Origin: an uncultured Myxococcales bacterium
Lineage (GTDB): Bacteria > Myxococcota > UBA727 > JABDBI01
Direction: 5' to 3'
NCBI GenBank assembly: GCA_964493205.1
Contig: CAZBMJ010000001.1
Coordinates: 9,611-73,610, forward strand
Length of the DNA: 64,000 bases
Shown here: one piece after another, positions 1 to 11,475 of the stretch
Layout of the letters: the number at the start of each line of letters is the position of its first letter
How positions within the stretch are numbered: the stretch's first letter is position 1
Position numbers and translations under genes: made by a program
The notes under the pieces: generated by a model
Seen by the model: only the letters and a program-made list of their open reading frames with translations
What the model was told of the DNA's origin: nothing
Databases searched by the model: none

Positions 1-2647
1 AAGACCAATTATTGTACCAAGTCAGGATATAGTTTTAGGTTGCTATTACATGACCAGAAGCAGACCTTTTGCTAAGGGCGAAGGGATGGTCTTTTCAAAC
101 TTATCAGAAGTTCGTAGAGCATATGATGCTAACGAAGTGGGTTTGCATGCGTCTATTAAATGCAGAGTAGAAGATAAACTATTTGAAACTACTGTTGGAC
201 GTGTCTTATTATATGAAGTTGTGCCAGAAATAGTTCCTTTTACCAGTATTAATAAAGTATTAGGTAAAAAAGAGCTTGGAGCTCTAATAGATCGCTGTTA
301 CCGCTTAAAAGGCCAAAAAGAAACTGTGATTCTGTGTGACCGTCTTCGTACGTTGGGTTATACGCAAGCTACTAAATCAGGTATTTCTATTGCCATGATC
401 AACATGGTTATCCCTGCCAAGAAAAAAGATATTTTGGCACGATGCCAAGGCGAAGTAGAAGAAATAACTAACCAATATGTTGAAGGTTTAATTACTAACG
501 GCGAGCGTTATAACAAAGTAGTTGATATTTGGTCTAAAGCTGCTGAAGAAGTAGCTGAAGAAATGATGAAAGTTGTTTCCACAGACGAAGTTACTTCTGA
601 AGATGGTAAACATAAAAAATTAACTCCATCTTTTAACTCTTTGTATATTATGGCTGACTCTGGAGCTCGGGGATCTTCTCAGCAGATGAAACAGCTTGCT
701 GGTATGCGTGGTTTGATGGCTAAACCATCAGGTGAAATTATTGAAACACCTATTACGGCTAACTTTAGAGAAGGCTTAACGGTGCTACAATACTTCAACT
801 CAACTCACGGTGCTAGAAAAGGTTTAGCTGATACGGCGCTTAAAACTGCTAACTCTGGTTATTTGACGAGACGTTTGGTTGACGTAGCCCAAGATTCTAT
901 TATTACAGAATATGATTGTGGAACTATTGATGGTATTGAAATAACTCCATTAATAGAAGGTAACGATATTGTTGAAGGTATTGGCGATCGTATTTTAGGT
1001 AGAGTAGCACTTGAAGATATTGTAGATCCAGTAAGTGGTGAAGTTTTAGTAACTATGGGTTCTGAAATAGATGAATACTTAGTCGCTAAAATAGAAAATG
1101 CTAGTATCTCTCGTATACGCATTCGTTCTGTTCTTACTTGTCAAACACGTCGCGGAATTTGCGTCCAATGCTATGGTCGTGATCTTTCACGTGGACATTT
1201 AGCGAACGTGGGCGAGGCTATTGGCGTTATTGCTGCCCAGTCTATTGGTGAACCTGGAACTCAGCTTACCATGCAGACCTTCCATATTGGGGGTATTGCT
1301 TCTGGTTCAGCTCAAGAATCTAGTCATGAGTCTAGAGGCGAGGGTAGAGTAGTTTTTGAAAATCTTGAAGTTGTTGAAAGAAAAGATGGTAAATTCGTCG
1401 CTCTAAACAGACAAGGTGCCATTAAAATTGTTGATGATACTGGAAGAGAAAGAGAAACCTATCCTGCTGTTTATGGTGCTGTTATTGGTGTGAAAAATGG
1501 CGATATAGTTAAACCTGCAACTAAATTGGTTGAATGGGATCCTTATTCTGTGCCTATTTTAACAGAAGCTTCTGGACAAGTTCATTTTGGTGATTTGTTT
1601 GAAGGTGTGACTCTCACTGAACAAGTTGATGAAGGCTCTGGTTTATCTCATAAAGTAGTTATCGAGGGCAAGGATGCTAATGCTCGGCCAAGAGTAACTA
1701 TAAAAGATGCTGCTGGAAATCCTATAGCTCTAAAGGGAACATCAGTTGCTCGCTATCTACTTCCTGTGGGAGCAGTAGTTTTAGTAAATGATGGTTCGAA
1801 AGTAGAAGCTGGTGATATTTTAGCTAAAGTAAGCCGTGAAGCTTCTAAAACTAAAGATATTACCGGAGGTCTGCCAAGGGTAGTTGAATTATTTGAAGCA
1901 AGAAGGCCTAAAGATCATGCGGTGATCTCTGAAATAAGCGGTATGGTTTCTTTTGGTAAAGATACCAAGGGTAAAAGAAAAATTTTAGTTACTCCAGAAA
2001 TTGGTGATGCTAGAGAATATTTAATACCAAAAGGTAAGCATATTAGAGTTCGTGAAGGCGACTTTATTAGAGCTGGCGAGCCTTTGATGGACGGCTCTGT
2101 GAATCCTCATGATATTTTAAATGTTTTGGGTGAAAAAGCTTTGGCGAAATATTTAGTTGAAGAAATTCAAGAAGTTTATCGTTTGCAAGGTGTGCGTATT
2201 AACGATAAGCATATTGAAACGATTGTCCGACAAATGCTTAGAAGAGTTAAGATTAAAGATTCAGGAAATACTCGTTTCTTAAATGAAGAGCAAGTTGAAA
2301 AACAAACTTTTGAAACAGAAAACGACCTAGTTATACAGTCTGGTGGTAAGCCAGCTATTGCTGAGCCTTTATTGCTTGGTTTAACTAAAGCGTCTTTGTC
2401 TACAGAATCTTTTATTTCTGGAGCTTCTTTCCAAGAAACAACTAAGGTTCTTACAGATGCGGCGGTTTCTAGTAAAATAGATTACTTACGTGGCCTAAAA
2501 GAGAACGTGATTATGGGTAGACTAATACCAGCTGGTACAGGGTTGCCTAACTATCGTTATCTTAATGTTGTAGTGGATGATAACGGCTCTATTAATGAAG
2601 GTGGTTTGATGGAAAGTATTCCAGTTGAATTGCTAGAAAGTCCGTAA
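1..2647 (+). CDS. rpoC: DNA-directed RNA polymerase beta' subunit, C-terminal ~880 codons (5' partial, runs off the window start)
   Basis: The frame is open from nt 2 ([23 protein letters not shown]...) and reads as the conserved beta' middle and C-terminal regions. The listed ATG at 50 is internal. Stop is TAA at 2645-2647. Confidence 0.95.
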   Translation, partial: RPIIVPSQDIVLGCYYMTRSRPFAKGEGMVFSNLSEVRRAYDANEVGLHASIKCRVEDKLFETTVGRVLLYEVVPEIVPFTSINKVLGKKELGALIDRCYRLKGQKETVILCDRLRTLGYTQATKSGISIAMINMVIPAKKKDILARCQGEVEEITNQYVEGLITNGERYNKVVDIWSKAAEEVAEEMMKVVSTDEVTSEDGKHKKLTPSFNSLYIMADSGARGSSQQMKQLAGMRGLMAKPSGEIIETPITANFREGLTVLQYFNSTHGARKGLADTALKTANSGYLTRRLVDVAQDSIITEYDCGTIDGIEITPLIEGNDIVEGIGDRILGRVALEDIVDPVSGEVLVTMGSEIDEYLVAKIENASISRIRIRSVLTCQTRRGICVQCYGRDLSRGHLANVGEAIGVIAAQSIGEPGTQLTMQTFHIGGIASGSAQESSHESRGEGRVVFENLEVVERKDGKFVALNRQGAIKIVDDTGRERETYPAVYGAVIGVKNGDIVKPATKLVEWDPYSVPILTEASGQVHFGDLFEGVTLTEQVDEGSGLSHKVVIEGKDANARPRVTIKDAAGNPIALKGTSVARYLLPVGAVVLVNDGSKVEAGDILAKVSREASKTKDITGGLPRVVELFEARRPKDHAVISEISGMVSFGKDTKGKRKILVTPEIGDAREYLIPKGKHIRVREGDFIRAGEPLMDGSVNPHDILNVLGEKALAKYLVEEIQEVYRLQGVRINDKHIETIVRQMLRRVKIKDSGNTRFLNEEQVEKQTFETENDLVIQSGGKPAIAEPLLLGLTKASLSTESFISGASFQETTKVLTDAAVSSKIDYLRGLKENVIMGRLIPAGTGLPNYRYLNVVVDDNGSINEGGLMESIPVELLESP

Positions 2648-2668
2648 AAATCTAGAATAAGTATTTTT

Positions 2669-2707
2669 AAAGCCTCAAGTTTAAATTGAGGCTTTTTTAT
2701 TTTTTCC
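2669..2707 (+). terminator. rho-independent terminator after rpoC
   Basis: Hairpin AAAGCCTCAA gtttaaa TTGAGGCTTT followed by a T-tract. Confidence 0.6.
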
Positions 2708-2804
2708 TATTTGACAAATAGCCGTAAATAGTAAATAAAACTCTTGATTAAACATTTTTTCACTTTTTCACTTTAAAAATGAAAGAGTTTTTGGAATTTT
2801 TTAT

Positions 2805-4559
2805 ATGATTAGCAAGGATAGTACAGCAATAAACGAAGAAGAATTATCATTTGAGAAACTTTTAGAAGAGCAGTATTCTAAAGATAATGTATCAGAAGGC
2901 GGAATTGTATCTGCTACAGTTTTATCAATAAATAAAGACTTCGTGCTAGTGGACGTAGGCTATAAATCTGAAGGGTTAATAGCAACTAGTGAATTTGCTG
3001 TTGTAAATGGTGAGCCGCAGATTAAAATTGGCGATAAAGTAGACGTATTGGTTGAAACTCGTGAAAACGAGTATGGCCACATGGTCTTAAGCAAAGAGAA
3101 AGCTGATAAACTAAAAATATGGGATGAAATATCTCTGGCTTCTGAGCGCAATGAAGTTGTTGAAGGAACAGTTTTAAGCAGAGTCAAAGGCGGATTACAC
3201 GTAGATATTGGTGTAAAAGCTTTCTTGCCAGGCTCTCAAGTAGATTTACGACCTATTCGCAACTTAGACAAACTAATAGGTGAACGCTTTACTTTTAGTA
3301 TCATTAAATTTAACAAAAAACGTGGCAATATAGTTTTAAGCCGTAGAGCTCTTCTAGAAAAAGACAGAGAAGAAAAACGTAAAGAAACCCTAAAACACCT
3401 TAAAGAAGGCGCAGTGATGGAAGGTATTGTTAAAAACCTTACAGATTACGGTGCATTTGTTGATTTGGGTGGCGTTGATGGTCTATTGCACGTAACAGAT
3501 ATGAGCTGGGGCCGCATTCAAAACCCAAATGGCTTATTGGAAGTAGGGCAGCCTGTTAAAGTTGTTGTTCTTAAGTATGATGGCGAATCAGAACGTGTAT
3601 CTCTAGGCATGAAGCAAACTCAAGAAGATCCATGGCAAATGGCTCAAAGAGACTTCCCGGTTGGAACGAAAGTTTCAGGTAAAGTAGTATCTCTTACAGA
3701 TTACGGCGCATTTATTGAGCTTAAACCAGGTGTTGAAGGCTTAATTCACGTATCAGAAATGTCTTGGACTAAGCGTGTTAAACATCCATCAAAAATAGTG
3801 AATATTGGCGATGAAATTGAATCTTTAGTGCTTGAAATTGATGAAAAAGAGAAAAGAATATCATTGGGTATGAAACAAGTAAAACCAAACCCATGGTCCT
3901 TGTTAGAAGAAAAATATCCAGTTGGCACAGTAATCCGTGGCCAAGTAAGAAATCTTACAGACTTTGGTATCTTTATTGGCATAGAAGAAGGAATCGATGG
4001 TTTAGTGCATATTAGCGATTTGTCTTGGACTCAACGAGTTAAGCATCCTTCAGAAATGTTCCAAAAAAATGATGAAGTTGAAGCAGTTGTTCTTAACATT
4101 GATGTTGCTAGTGAAAGATTTTCCTTGGGTATCAAGCAATTGCACGAAGATCCTTGGAGTAGAATTCCTCAAGTATATCCTCGTGGTGCTAGAGTTAAGG
4201 GAATCGTTACTAAGGTCGCAGATTTTGGTGCCTTTATTCAAATTGAACCAGGTATTGATGGTCTATGCCACGTATCAGAGTTTTCTAGCGAACATGTAGA
4301 AGACCCACATTCTTTCTTGAAGCCAGGTGATGAAGTAGACGTAATGATCATCGACAACGACAAAGAAGAAAGAAAAATTGGGTTGTCTATTAAGGCAGTA
4401 AGCAAAGCTGACAAAGGCTTAGACTATAGGGCTTATTTGGCAGAACAAAATAAACCTAAAAAATCAGGTCCAGCAAGCAGCAGCGGTTCTCAAGGTATGG
4501 GTACTTTGGGAGATGCACTAAAAGGCAAACTATCTGGTGGTAACTCTGATAACGAATAG
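2805..4559 (+). CDS. rpsA: 30S ribosomal protein S1 (six S1 domains)
   Basis: 584 aa with repeated S1-domain motifs (GxV..vxdfGaFVdl.g..GLlHvS). The C-terminal tail is typical of RpsA. Confidence 0.9.
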   Translation: MISKDSTAINEEELSFEKLLEEQYSKDNVSEGGIVSATVLSINKDFVLVDVGYKSEGLIATSEFAVVNGEPQIKIGDKVDVLVETRENEYGHMVLSKEKADKLKIWDEISLASERNEVVEGTVLSRVKGGLHVDIGVKAFLPGSQVDLRPIRNLDKLIGERFTFSIIKFNKKRGNIVLSRRALLEKDREEKRKETLKHLKEGAVMEGIVKNLTDYGAFVDLGGVDGLLHVTDMSWGRIQNPNGLLEVGQPVKVVVLKYDGESERVSLGMKQTQEDPWQMAQRDFPVGTKVSGKVVSLTDYGAFIELKPGVEGLIHVSEMSWTKRVKHPSKIVNIGDEIESLVLEIDEKEKRISLGMKQVKPNPWSLLEEKYPVGTVIRGQVRNLTDFGIFIGIEEGIDGLVHISDLSWTQRVKHPSEMFQKNDEVEAVVLNIDVASERFSLGIKQLHEDPWSRIPQVYPRGARVKGIVTKVADFGAFIQIEPGIDGLCHVSEFSSEHVEDPHSFLKPGDEVDVMIIDNDKEERKIGLSIKAVSKADKGLDYRAYLAEQNKPKKSGPASSSGSQGMGTLGDALKGKLSGGNSDNE

Positions 4560-4582
4560 TTACTAAGCTATACATACCTTTA

Positions 4583-4609
4583 AGGCGCGTTTTTACGCGC
4601 TTTTTTATT
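4583..4609 (+). terminator. rho-independent terminator after rpsA
   Basis: GGCGCGT tttt ACGCGC followed by TTTTTTATT. Confidence 0.6.
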
Positions 4610-4665
4610 CTGTTACCAAAATTTCAACTAACTTGCTATATATCTTAAAAGAGGCTTTAAATAAC

Positions 4666-6252
4666 ATGAACGAAGTAGTAGTCTTGAAAGAAGATTCTCA
4701 TAAAAACATTACCTATGCCACGTTGATACAGGCATTTTTTACTTCTTTATCACGTGTTTTTGGTATGATTAATAATGTTATTATGCTTCATGTTTTTGGC
4801 GCAAGCTTTGTTACTGATGCATTTTGGATGGCTTATACAATACCTAATGTTTTGCGTAGATTTTTTGCTGAAGGTTCGCTATCTATGGCATTTGTTCCTG
4901 TTTATTTACAGACTAAAGAAGATGACAAAGATAAAGCTAAAGATTTTTTTAGGGATACGTTGGGCTTTTTATTAATTACTCTTTTTATTATTACTGTATT
5001 ATGTATTTTTTCTTCTTCTATTTTAGTAAAAATGTTTGCTTATGGCTTTACTGATAACGCTTATCAATTTTCTATTACCAATACTATGACCAAGTGGCTT
5101 TTTCCCTACGTTTTTATGGTCAGTATAGTAGCTTTATTTGGAGCTTATTTGCAGTGCCATAAAAAATTTGCAGCTATGTCTGCCTCACCAATACTTTTAA
5201 ATATTTCTATGATCTTATCTATGATCTTTTTATCAAGCTTTTTTATGCCGTCTATTTATTGTTTAATAGTTGGAGTTTTGTTAGGTGGTCTTTGCCAAAT
5301 AATTTTAATGATATTTGCTTTATATAAAAACTCTTTGTTAGTAAGCCCTAGATTTAATTTTAAAACTCAAGCAATGAAAAAACTTATGCGCTTACTTGGC
5401 CCAGCATTATTTGGGGTGTTTGTGTATCAATTGAATATTATTGTTTTAAGGCAACTGGCAAGCTTTTTAGGCGAGGGACAAATAACTTACTACTCTAATG
5501 CTGATAGATTAACCCAGCTCATAAGTGGAGTTTTTGGAGCTTCTATTGCAGCAGCAGCCTTACCTCAGTTAAGTATAGACGTTAGTAAGTCAAGCCTTAA
5601 ACAACTTTTTAATACCTTAGAGTTTAGTTTAAAGCTAAATAGTTTTATTATTACGCCGTGTGCATTAGGCCTATTAATTTTTGCCAAGCCAATAGTGGCC
5701 ATTGTTTATTTTCATGGAGCGTTTAATTTTAAAGATGCTCATTTTACTGCTATTACTTTGATGGGTTTTGCTCCAAGTTTAATCTCATTTGGTTTTTCTA
5801 GGGCTGTTATGCAAGCATATTATGCTCTAAACGATACAAAAACACCGGTGATTATTGGGTTTTTTACGGTTTTTATTAATTTGATCTTAGGTGTGTTGCT
5901 GTTTAACTATGCAGTGCTAGGACTAGCTTTGACGTTATCTGTCTCAAGCTTTTTTCAATATTATTTATTAATATTTTATTTAAAGAAAAAAGTGGGCGAT
6001 GAGTATGATTTAAAAATTAATAAAACTTTTTTGGCTCATTTAGCTATTTCTCTTGTTGCCTGTATGGTGGGATTATTAATTCAAAATTTAGGAAACTTTT
6101 CCATAGGATTTAGTGTTTATAATGCTTGTGTCTTGGGATTAATGGCTCTATGTTGTGGAACTTGTTATTTTAGCTTTTGTTATTATTTTGGTTTTAAAGA
6201 GGCAAAAACTTTTTTTTCTATGCTTACAAAAAAAATTAAAATGCCTAAATAA
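4666..6252 (+). CDS. murJ: lipid II flippase MurJ/MviN
   Basis: Polytopic membrane protein carrying the MurJ N-terminal motif NVLRRFFAEGSLSMAFVPVY. ATG 4666 is preferred over the listed TTG 4633 because AAAAGAGG lies upstream of it. Confidence 0.8.
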   Translation: MNEVVVLKEDSHKNITYATLIQAFFTSLSRVFGMINNVIMLHVFGASFVTDAFWMAYTIPNVLRRFFAEGSLSMAFVPVYLQTKEDDKDKAKDFFRDTLGFLLITLFIITVLCIFSSSILVKMFAYGFTDNAYQFSITNTMTKWLFPYVFMVSIVALFGAYLQCHKKFAAMSASPILLNISMILSMIFLSSFFMPSIYCLIVGVLLGGLCQIILMIFALYKNSLLVSPRFNFKTQAMKKLMRLLGPALFGVFVYQLNIIVLRQLASFLGEGQITYYSNADRLTQLISGVFGASIAAAALPQLSIDVSKSSLKQLFNTLEFSLKLNSFIITPCALGLLIFAKPIVAIVYFHGAFNFKDAHFTAITLMGFAPSLISFGFSRAVMQAYYALNDTKTPVIIGFFTVFINLILGVLLFNYAVLGLALTLSVSSFFQYYLLIFYLKKKVGDEYDLKINKTFLAHLAISLVACMVGLLIQNLGNFSIGFSVYNACVLGLMALCCGTCYFSFCYYFGFKEAKTFFSMLTKKIKMPK

Positions 6253-6484
6253 CGCCATTTTTTTGAGGTCTGATAAAAAAAATGTGTTTTTACCTCTAGC
6301 CTTTTAACATAAGCTTTTTATTGTGATGTATATTTTAAAAATAAGTTTAAAAAGTTTGTTGGTACTTTACTAAAACTTAAATCAGCTATAGTCACTTGCT
6401 TAAAAATTGATTTTTTGATCGATTAAGAATGAATTTTCTAAAATTTTCGAGCAATGTTATGGCAAGAACTAATGGGGGACTAAT

Positions 6485-8782
6485 ATGAATACTGTTAATA
6501 AAAAATATAAAGAAAAAGAGGCTATTAGCATAGCTGAAGAATTTCTGATTGCTCACTCGGCTTCTTTACCTGACGTTAATCTTAAAAACTTAAAAGAAAG
6601 TTTTATTAAAAGCATGGCTCAGGAAATTAGCAAAAAAGAGATTTTGGAGATCTTAGTGAGGCAAACAGCTTCTTTAATCAAAGAAGATCCTAGTTATGGG
6701 AATTTGGCAACAAGCCTTTTAAATCAGCTTATCGAAGATGAAGTAGCCCAGCAAACAGTAACTACTTTTAGTGATTCCATAGCATTAGCTTTTGAACAAA
6801 AGCTATTAACAAATCAAATATATGAATTTGTTATGAGCAACAAAGATGCTCTCAATGCTAGTATAGATAGTAAGTTTAATACACTTTTTAGTTATTTTGG
6901 CCTTTCCACTGTTTATGATCGTTATTTATTAAGACATCCTACCATCAGAACTGTTATAGAGCGTCCACAGTATCTATTTATGAGAGTTGCGTGTGGTGTT
7001 TATCAGGATGTGCAAAAAGCTGTGGAACTTTATGGCTTAATGGCTTCTTTTGATTATATGCCAGGTTCTCCTACGCTCTTTAACGCAGGGAGCAAAAATC
7101 CTCAATTATCATCTTGCTTCTTAATGGATTCGCCTAACGATAGCATTGAAGATATTTATGAAAAATATAAAGAAGCCGCTATGCTCTCTAAACACGGTGG
7201 TGGTATAGGTATTTCCTATTCTAAAGTTCGTTCAAGAGGGTCTTTAATTAGGGGAACTAATGGTAAATCTAGCGGTATTATTCCATGGCTAAAAACTCTT
7301 GACTCTTCTGTGGCTGCTGTAAATCAAGGTGGACGACGAAAAGGCGCTTGTTGTGTTTATCTAGAAACTTGGCACCCAGATATTGAGGCATTTTTAGAGT
7401 TGAGAGATAATACGGGTGATGAATCTTCCCGTACCCATAATATCAATATAGCTAATTGGATTCCTGATTTATTTATGAAGAGAATAGAGCAAGATGCTAT
7501 GTGGTCTTTGTTTGATCCAAGCCGTCACCCAAAGCTTAGTGATACCTATGGTGAAGAGTTTGAAAGAATTTATCTAGAAGCAGAAAGCAATAAAACTTAT
7601 GATAAACAAGTAAAAGCAAGAGATCTTTATGGCAAAATGATGAGGACACTGGCGCAAACAGGTAATGGCTGGATGACTTTTAAAGATACTTCTAATTTAA
7701 AAAGTAACCAAACCTCAGTAAGTGGGCAAGTTATTCATTTATCTAATTTATGTACAGAAATCTTAGAAGTTAACTCTGCCAATGAAATTTCTGTTTGTAA
7801 TCTAGGAAGTATTAACTTATCTAGACATATGAATGGCAGAAATTTTGATTTTGATAAGCTTAGACAAACAGTAGATGTAGCCGTTAGGCAATTAAATAAA
7901 GTTATTGATACTACTTATTATCCAGTAACTCATGCTAAAAATTCTAATTTACGATGGCGACCTGTCGGTTTAGGTCTAATGGGGTTGCAAGATGTGTTTT
8001 TTAAAATGCGTATTCCTTTTGATTCTAGTGATGCCAATGCTTTAAGCCAAAAGGTCTCTGAAGAAATTTATTTGCAAGCTTTGTCTACAAGTTGTGATCT
8101 GGCCAGAATAGAAGGTCCTCATCAGGATTTTTATGAAACAAGAGCAGCAAAGGGATTATTACAACCAGATCTATGGAATAATAGTCAAGCCAATAAAAGA
8201 TTTGATGAAGTAAAAGAAAAAATACAAAAATATGGCTTAAGAAATTCACTTTTGATAGCCATTGCCCCTACAGCTACTATAGCTTCTATTGTTGGATGTT
8301 ATGAGTGTATTGAACCTCAAATCTCCAATATATTTAAGAGAGAGACGCTATCTGGTGAATTTTTACAAATTAATCAATATTTAGTCGCTGAGTTAAAACA
8401 GTTAAATCTTTGGAACGATCGCGTCAAAGAACAAATTATTGATAACAATGGCTCTATACAAAACGTTTTGGATATTCCACAAGAGTTAAAGATTCTTTAC
8501 AAAACTGCTTGGGAAGTTCCTCAAAAGGCATTAATAGATCTAGCAGTTTCTAGGGGTCGATTTATTGATCAAAGCCAATCACTAAATCTCTTTATGGAAA
8601 CTCCTAATATTGGGAAATTATCTTCTATGTATTTTTACGCTTGGCAGCAGGGTTTGAAAACTTGCTATTACTTGCGTTCAAGACCTGCCACTGAAATTAG
8701 TAAGACTAAAAATATAACAACAGATACACAAGCAGTATCATGTTCATTAGAAAACCCAGAGATGTGTGAATCTTGTGGTTAA
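6485..8782 (+). CDS. nrdA: class I ribonucleotide reductase alpha subunit
   Basis: 765 aa with an ATP-cone-like N-terminus, the CNLGSINL active-site motif and a C-terminal CESCG redox pair. RBS GGGGGAC. Confidence 0.9.
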   Translation: MNTVNKKYKEKEAISIAEEFLIAHSASLPDVNLKNLKESFIKSMAQEISKKEILEILVRQTASLIKEDPSYGNLATSLLNQLIEDEVAQQTVTTFSDSIALAFEQKLLTNQIYEFVMSNKDALNASIDSKFNTLFSYFGLSTVYDRYLLRHPTIRTVIERPQYLFMRVACGVYQDVQKAVELYGLMASFDYMPGSPTLFNAGSKNPQLSSCFLMDSPNDSIEDIYEKYKEAAMLSKHGGGIGISYSKVRSRGSLIRGTNGKSSGIIPWLKTLDSSVAAVNQGGRRKGACCVYLETWHPDIEAFLELRDNTGDESSRTHNINIANWIPDLFMKRIEQDAMWSLFDPSRHPKLSDTYGEEFERIYLEAESNKTYDKQVKARDLYGKMMRTLAQTGNGWMTFKDTSNLKSNQTSVSGQVIHLSNLCTEILEVNSANEISVCNLGSINLSRHMNGRNFDFDKLRQTVDVAVRQLNKVIDTTYYPVTHAKNSNLRWRPVGLGLMGLQDVFFKMRIPFDSSDANALSQKVSEEIYLQALSTSCDLARIEGPHQDFYETRAAKGLLQPDLWNNSQANKRFDEVKEKIQKYGLRNSLLIAIAPTATIASIVGCYECIEPQISNIFKRETLSGEFLQINQYLVAELKQLNLWNDRVKEQIIDNNGSIQNVLDIPQELKILYKTAWEVPQKALIDLAVSRGRFIDQSQSLNLFMETPNIGKLSSMYFYAWQQGLKTCYYLRSRPATEISKTKNITTDTQAVSCSLENPEMCESCG

Positions 8783-8807
8783 AATTTATAAAGAATAAGG
8801 TGAAATT

Positions 8808-9806
8808 ATGTTATTAGATGCAAAACTTAATTTAACGCTTAGGCCAATGCTTTATCCTAAGTTTTATGAAATGTATAAAAATGCCATTAAAAATACTTGG
8901 ACGGTTGACGAAGTTGATTTGCGCTCTGATATAGATGACATTAGTCAAAAACTAAACGACAAAGAGATACATTTAATCAATCGCTTGGTAGCTTTTTTTG
9001 CTACTGGCGATTCTATTGTTGCTCATAATTTAGTGCTAAATCTTTATCAGCACATTAATTCACCAGAAGCTCGAATGTATTTATCTAGACAGCTATATGA
9101 AGAGGCACTACATGTGCAGTTTTATTTGACGTTACTAGATACTTATTTGCCTGATCCTAAAGAACGGCAACAAGCTTTTAATGCCATTAACGATATTCCG
9201 TCTATTAAAAAGAAAGCTGAATTTTGTTTTAAATGGATGGATTCCATTCAAGATATGAAAGTGGCTAAAAGCACCGCTGAAAAAAAGAAATTTTTACTCA
9301 ATATGATGTGCTTTGCTTCTTGCATTGAAGGTCTATTTTTCTTTGCAGCTTTTGCGTATGTTTATTATTTGCGTTCAAAGGGTTTATTGCATGGTTTGGC
9401 CACAGGAACCAATTGGGTTTTTCGCGATGAAAGTGCTCATATGGATTTTGCTTTTAGCGTAGTTGATACTATTAGACAAGAAGAACCATCGTTATTTGAT
9501 GAACAGCTTGCTAATGACGTAAAAGCCATGATGAACGAAGCTATTGAATGCGAATATGCTTTTGGTGAAGATGTTTTGGGGGGCGGAATTTCAGGTTTTT
9601 CTTTGCCACAACTAAAACAATATCTGGAATTTGTAGCTGATCAAAGATTAGCTCGTTTAGGTTTTAAGCCTATGTTTTTTAGTAAAAATCCTTTTCCTTT
9701 TATGGAATTACAAAATGTTCAAGAATTAGCTAATTTTTTTGAGCGTAGAGTTTCAGCTTATCAGATGGGAATTTCTGGTGAAGTAGAACTGGATCAAAAT
9801 TTTTAG
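8808..9806 (+). CDS. nrdB: ribonucleotide reductase beta subunit
   Basis: 332-aa ferritin-like diiron protein sitting directly downstream of nrdA. RBS AAGGTG. Confidence 0.9.
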   Translation: MLLDAKLNLTLRPMLYPKFYEMYKNAIKNTWTVDEVDLRSDIDDISQKLNDKEIHLINRLVAFFATGDSIVAHNLVLNLYQHINSPEARMYLSRQLYEEALHVQFYLTLLDTYLPDPKERQQAFNAINDIPSIKKKAEFCFKWMDSIQDMKVAKSTAEKKKFLLNMMCFASCIEGLFFFAAFAYVYYLRSKGLLHGLATGTNWVFRDESAHMDFAFSVVDTIRQEEPSLFDEQLANDVKAMMNEAIECEYAFGEDVLGGGISGFSLPQLKQYLEFVADQRLARLGFKPMFFSKNPFPFMELQNVQELANFFERRVSAYQMGISGEVELDQNF

Positions 9807-9818
9807 TTGGAGTATTAA

Positions 9819-11474
9819 ATGCAGATATTAGCTGGTATTTTATTATTAGGTGTTTTGGTAGCTTTTCATGAGTTAGGGCATTTTTTGTTTGCCAAAATGC
9901 TTGGTGTGCGAGTACTAGTTTTTTCTGTTGGTTTTGGGCCAAGAATATTTAGCTTTACCAAAGGCCATACTGAATATCGTCTTAGCATTATTCCATTAGG
10001 CGGTTATGTGCGAATGTTTGGAGAGTCTTTGGATGAAGACTTAACTGATGAACAAAAAAGCTATAGCTTTTTACATCAAGCCACATGGCGAAAATCTTTA
10101 ATAGCATTTGCTGGCCCTTTGTTTAATTTTATTTTGCCTATTATTTTAATGTTTTTTTTATTTGTAGGCACAGAAGAAGTTTTATTGCCACAAATAGGAA
10201 GTATAGCTCCTAATTCGCCAGCCCAAAAAGCAGGTTTTAAACCTAATGATTTAGTTAAAGAAATTAATGCTAAACCGATAGAATCTTTTATGGATTTATC
10301 AAGCATAATAGCTGCTCATCCTTTAGAGGAGCTTAACTTTTTAGTTGAAAGAGAAAATACCAATATAAATTTATTGGTTACTCCAGAGGAAAAAGACTCA
10401 CAAGGTCGTATAGGAGTAATGCCTGTTATACAAAAACCTATAATTACTTTGTTACCTCAAAGTCCTTTAAAAAATTATGGTTTGGAAACATTAGATGAAA
10501 TTGTTTCTATAAATAACACTAAAATTATTTCTATAGAAGATTTATTATTAAATATAAATATTTTAAATAATTCTGTGACTAAAATAATAAGAAATAATAA
10601 AGAGATAGTCTTAAATATTGGTGAATTTAAGCAATATAATTTTGTATGGTCAGATATTGTTAAAAAATATACTAGTTTTATAGATCAAGAATCCTTAGAA
10701 AAAAGCCTAAAATTACTTAACGAAGAAAAATTATCTCTAGATGCTAGCTACGGCTTAGCCAGTGCTAAAGGGGTAGTTTCTAGCGTAGCTGCTCAGTCTA
10801 TAGCTTCAGATCTAAATTTAGAAGTTAATGATCGCTTATTAGCTATTAACGGCGAAGCAATAGTTAGCTCTCCTTATTTAGAACAAACTTTTATTAATAA
10901 TCTAAATAAAGAACATTTATTGAGTGTTATAAAAGCAAATGGTGAAATACAGATTTTAGGGGTTAAGTTTAAGAAAGACACTGAAAATACTTTAAATTTA
11001 AGTACTAATTTATATACTTTGTTTGGAGTTGATTTATTACCAACTTATTCAATGGGAAAAACTAAAATTAGAAATGTTGGTGTATTTGAAGCTTTATCTA
11101 AAGCATATAATCAAACTGTTAATATTGCTGTTGTTACTGCAAAATCTTTATTTATGTTGGTAAAAATGGAAGTGCCTTCGTCACAAATTGGTGGTCCTAT
11201 TATGCTTTTTGATATCGCTAAACAAGCTTTTGATAAAGGACTAGCTTTTTATATTATGGTTATGTGTATGCTAAGTGTTAACTTAGGACTATTAAATTTA
11301 TTGCCTATACCTGCTCTTGATGGAGGGCATTTATTGCTCTTTGGTATAGAAGCTATTCAAAGAAAGCCGCTTACTCCAAAAACCAGAGCCATAGCCACTC
11401 AAATAGGCTTTGCATTATTGTTATTTATTATGGTCTATGCTTTGTTTAACGATATTAGTAGGTTGATAAAATAA
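9819..11474 (+). CDS. rseP: site-2 protease RseP (zinc metalloprotease with PDZ domains)
   Basis: HELGHF zinc-binding motif and a C-terminal LLPIPALDGGHLL motif. At 551 aa it is longer than the usual ~450 aa. Confidence 0.85.
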   Translation: MQILAGILLLGVLVAFHELGHFLFAKMLGVRVLVFSVGFGPRIFSFTKGHTEYRLSIIPLGGYVRMFGESLDEDLTDEQKSYSFLHQATWRKSLIAFAGPLFNFILPIILMFFLFVGTEEVLLPQIGSIAPNSPAQKAGFKPNDLVKEINAKPIESFMDLSSIIAAHPLEELNFLVERENTNINLLVTPEEKDSQGRIGVMPVIQKPIITLLPQSPLKNYGLETLDEIVSINNTKIISIEDLLLNINILNNSVTKIIRNNKEIVLNIGEFKQYNFVWSDIVKKYTSFIDQESLEKSLKLLNEEKLSLDASYGLASAKGVVSSVAAQSIASDLNLEVNDRLLAINGEAIVSSPYLEQTFINNLNKEHLLSVIKANGEIQILGVKFKKDTENTLNLSTNLYTLFGVDLLPTYSMGKTKIRNVGVFEALSKAYNQTVNIAVVTAKSLFMLVKMEVPSSQIGGPIMLFDIAKQAFDKGLAFYIMVMCMLSVNLGLLNLLPIPALDGGHLLLFGIEAIQRKPLTPKTRAIATQIGFALLLFIMVYALFNDISRLIK

Positions 11475-11475
11475 G

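Noticed and set aside
859-1122. Antisense 87-aa ORF inside rpoC, plus similar short antisense or in-gene ORFs (2960..3187, 3746..3982, 4050..4299, 4775..4975, 9730..9942, 10076..10306, 12146..12568, 13118..13474, 13653..13859, 22431..22721, 26536..26781, 27085..27615, 32982..33224, 33513..33755, 36197..36385, 38639..38833, 46090..46326, 47297..48385, 49757..50035, 54392..54595, 55887..56072, 57228..57695, 59889..60104)
   Set aside because: All lie wholly within, and mostly antisense to, well-supported genes. They have no RBS or conserved motifs and are products of AT-rich composition.
6253-6484. Possible NrdR box upstream of nrdA (palindrome-like TTGATCGATTAA at ~6412-6423)
   Set aside because: It does not match the NrdR box consensus (acaCwAtATaTwGtgt), and only one copy is present. 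It cannot be called a regulator site from sequence alone.
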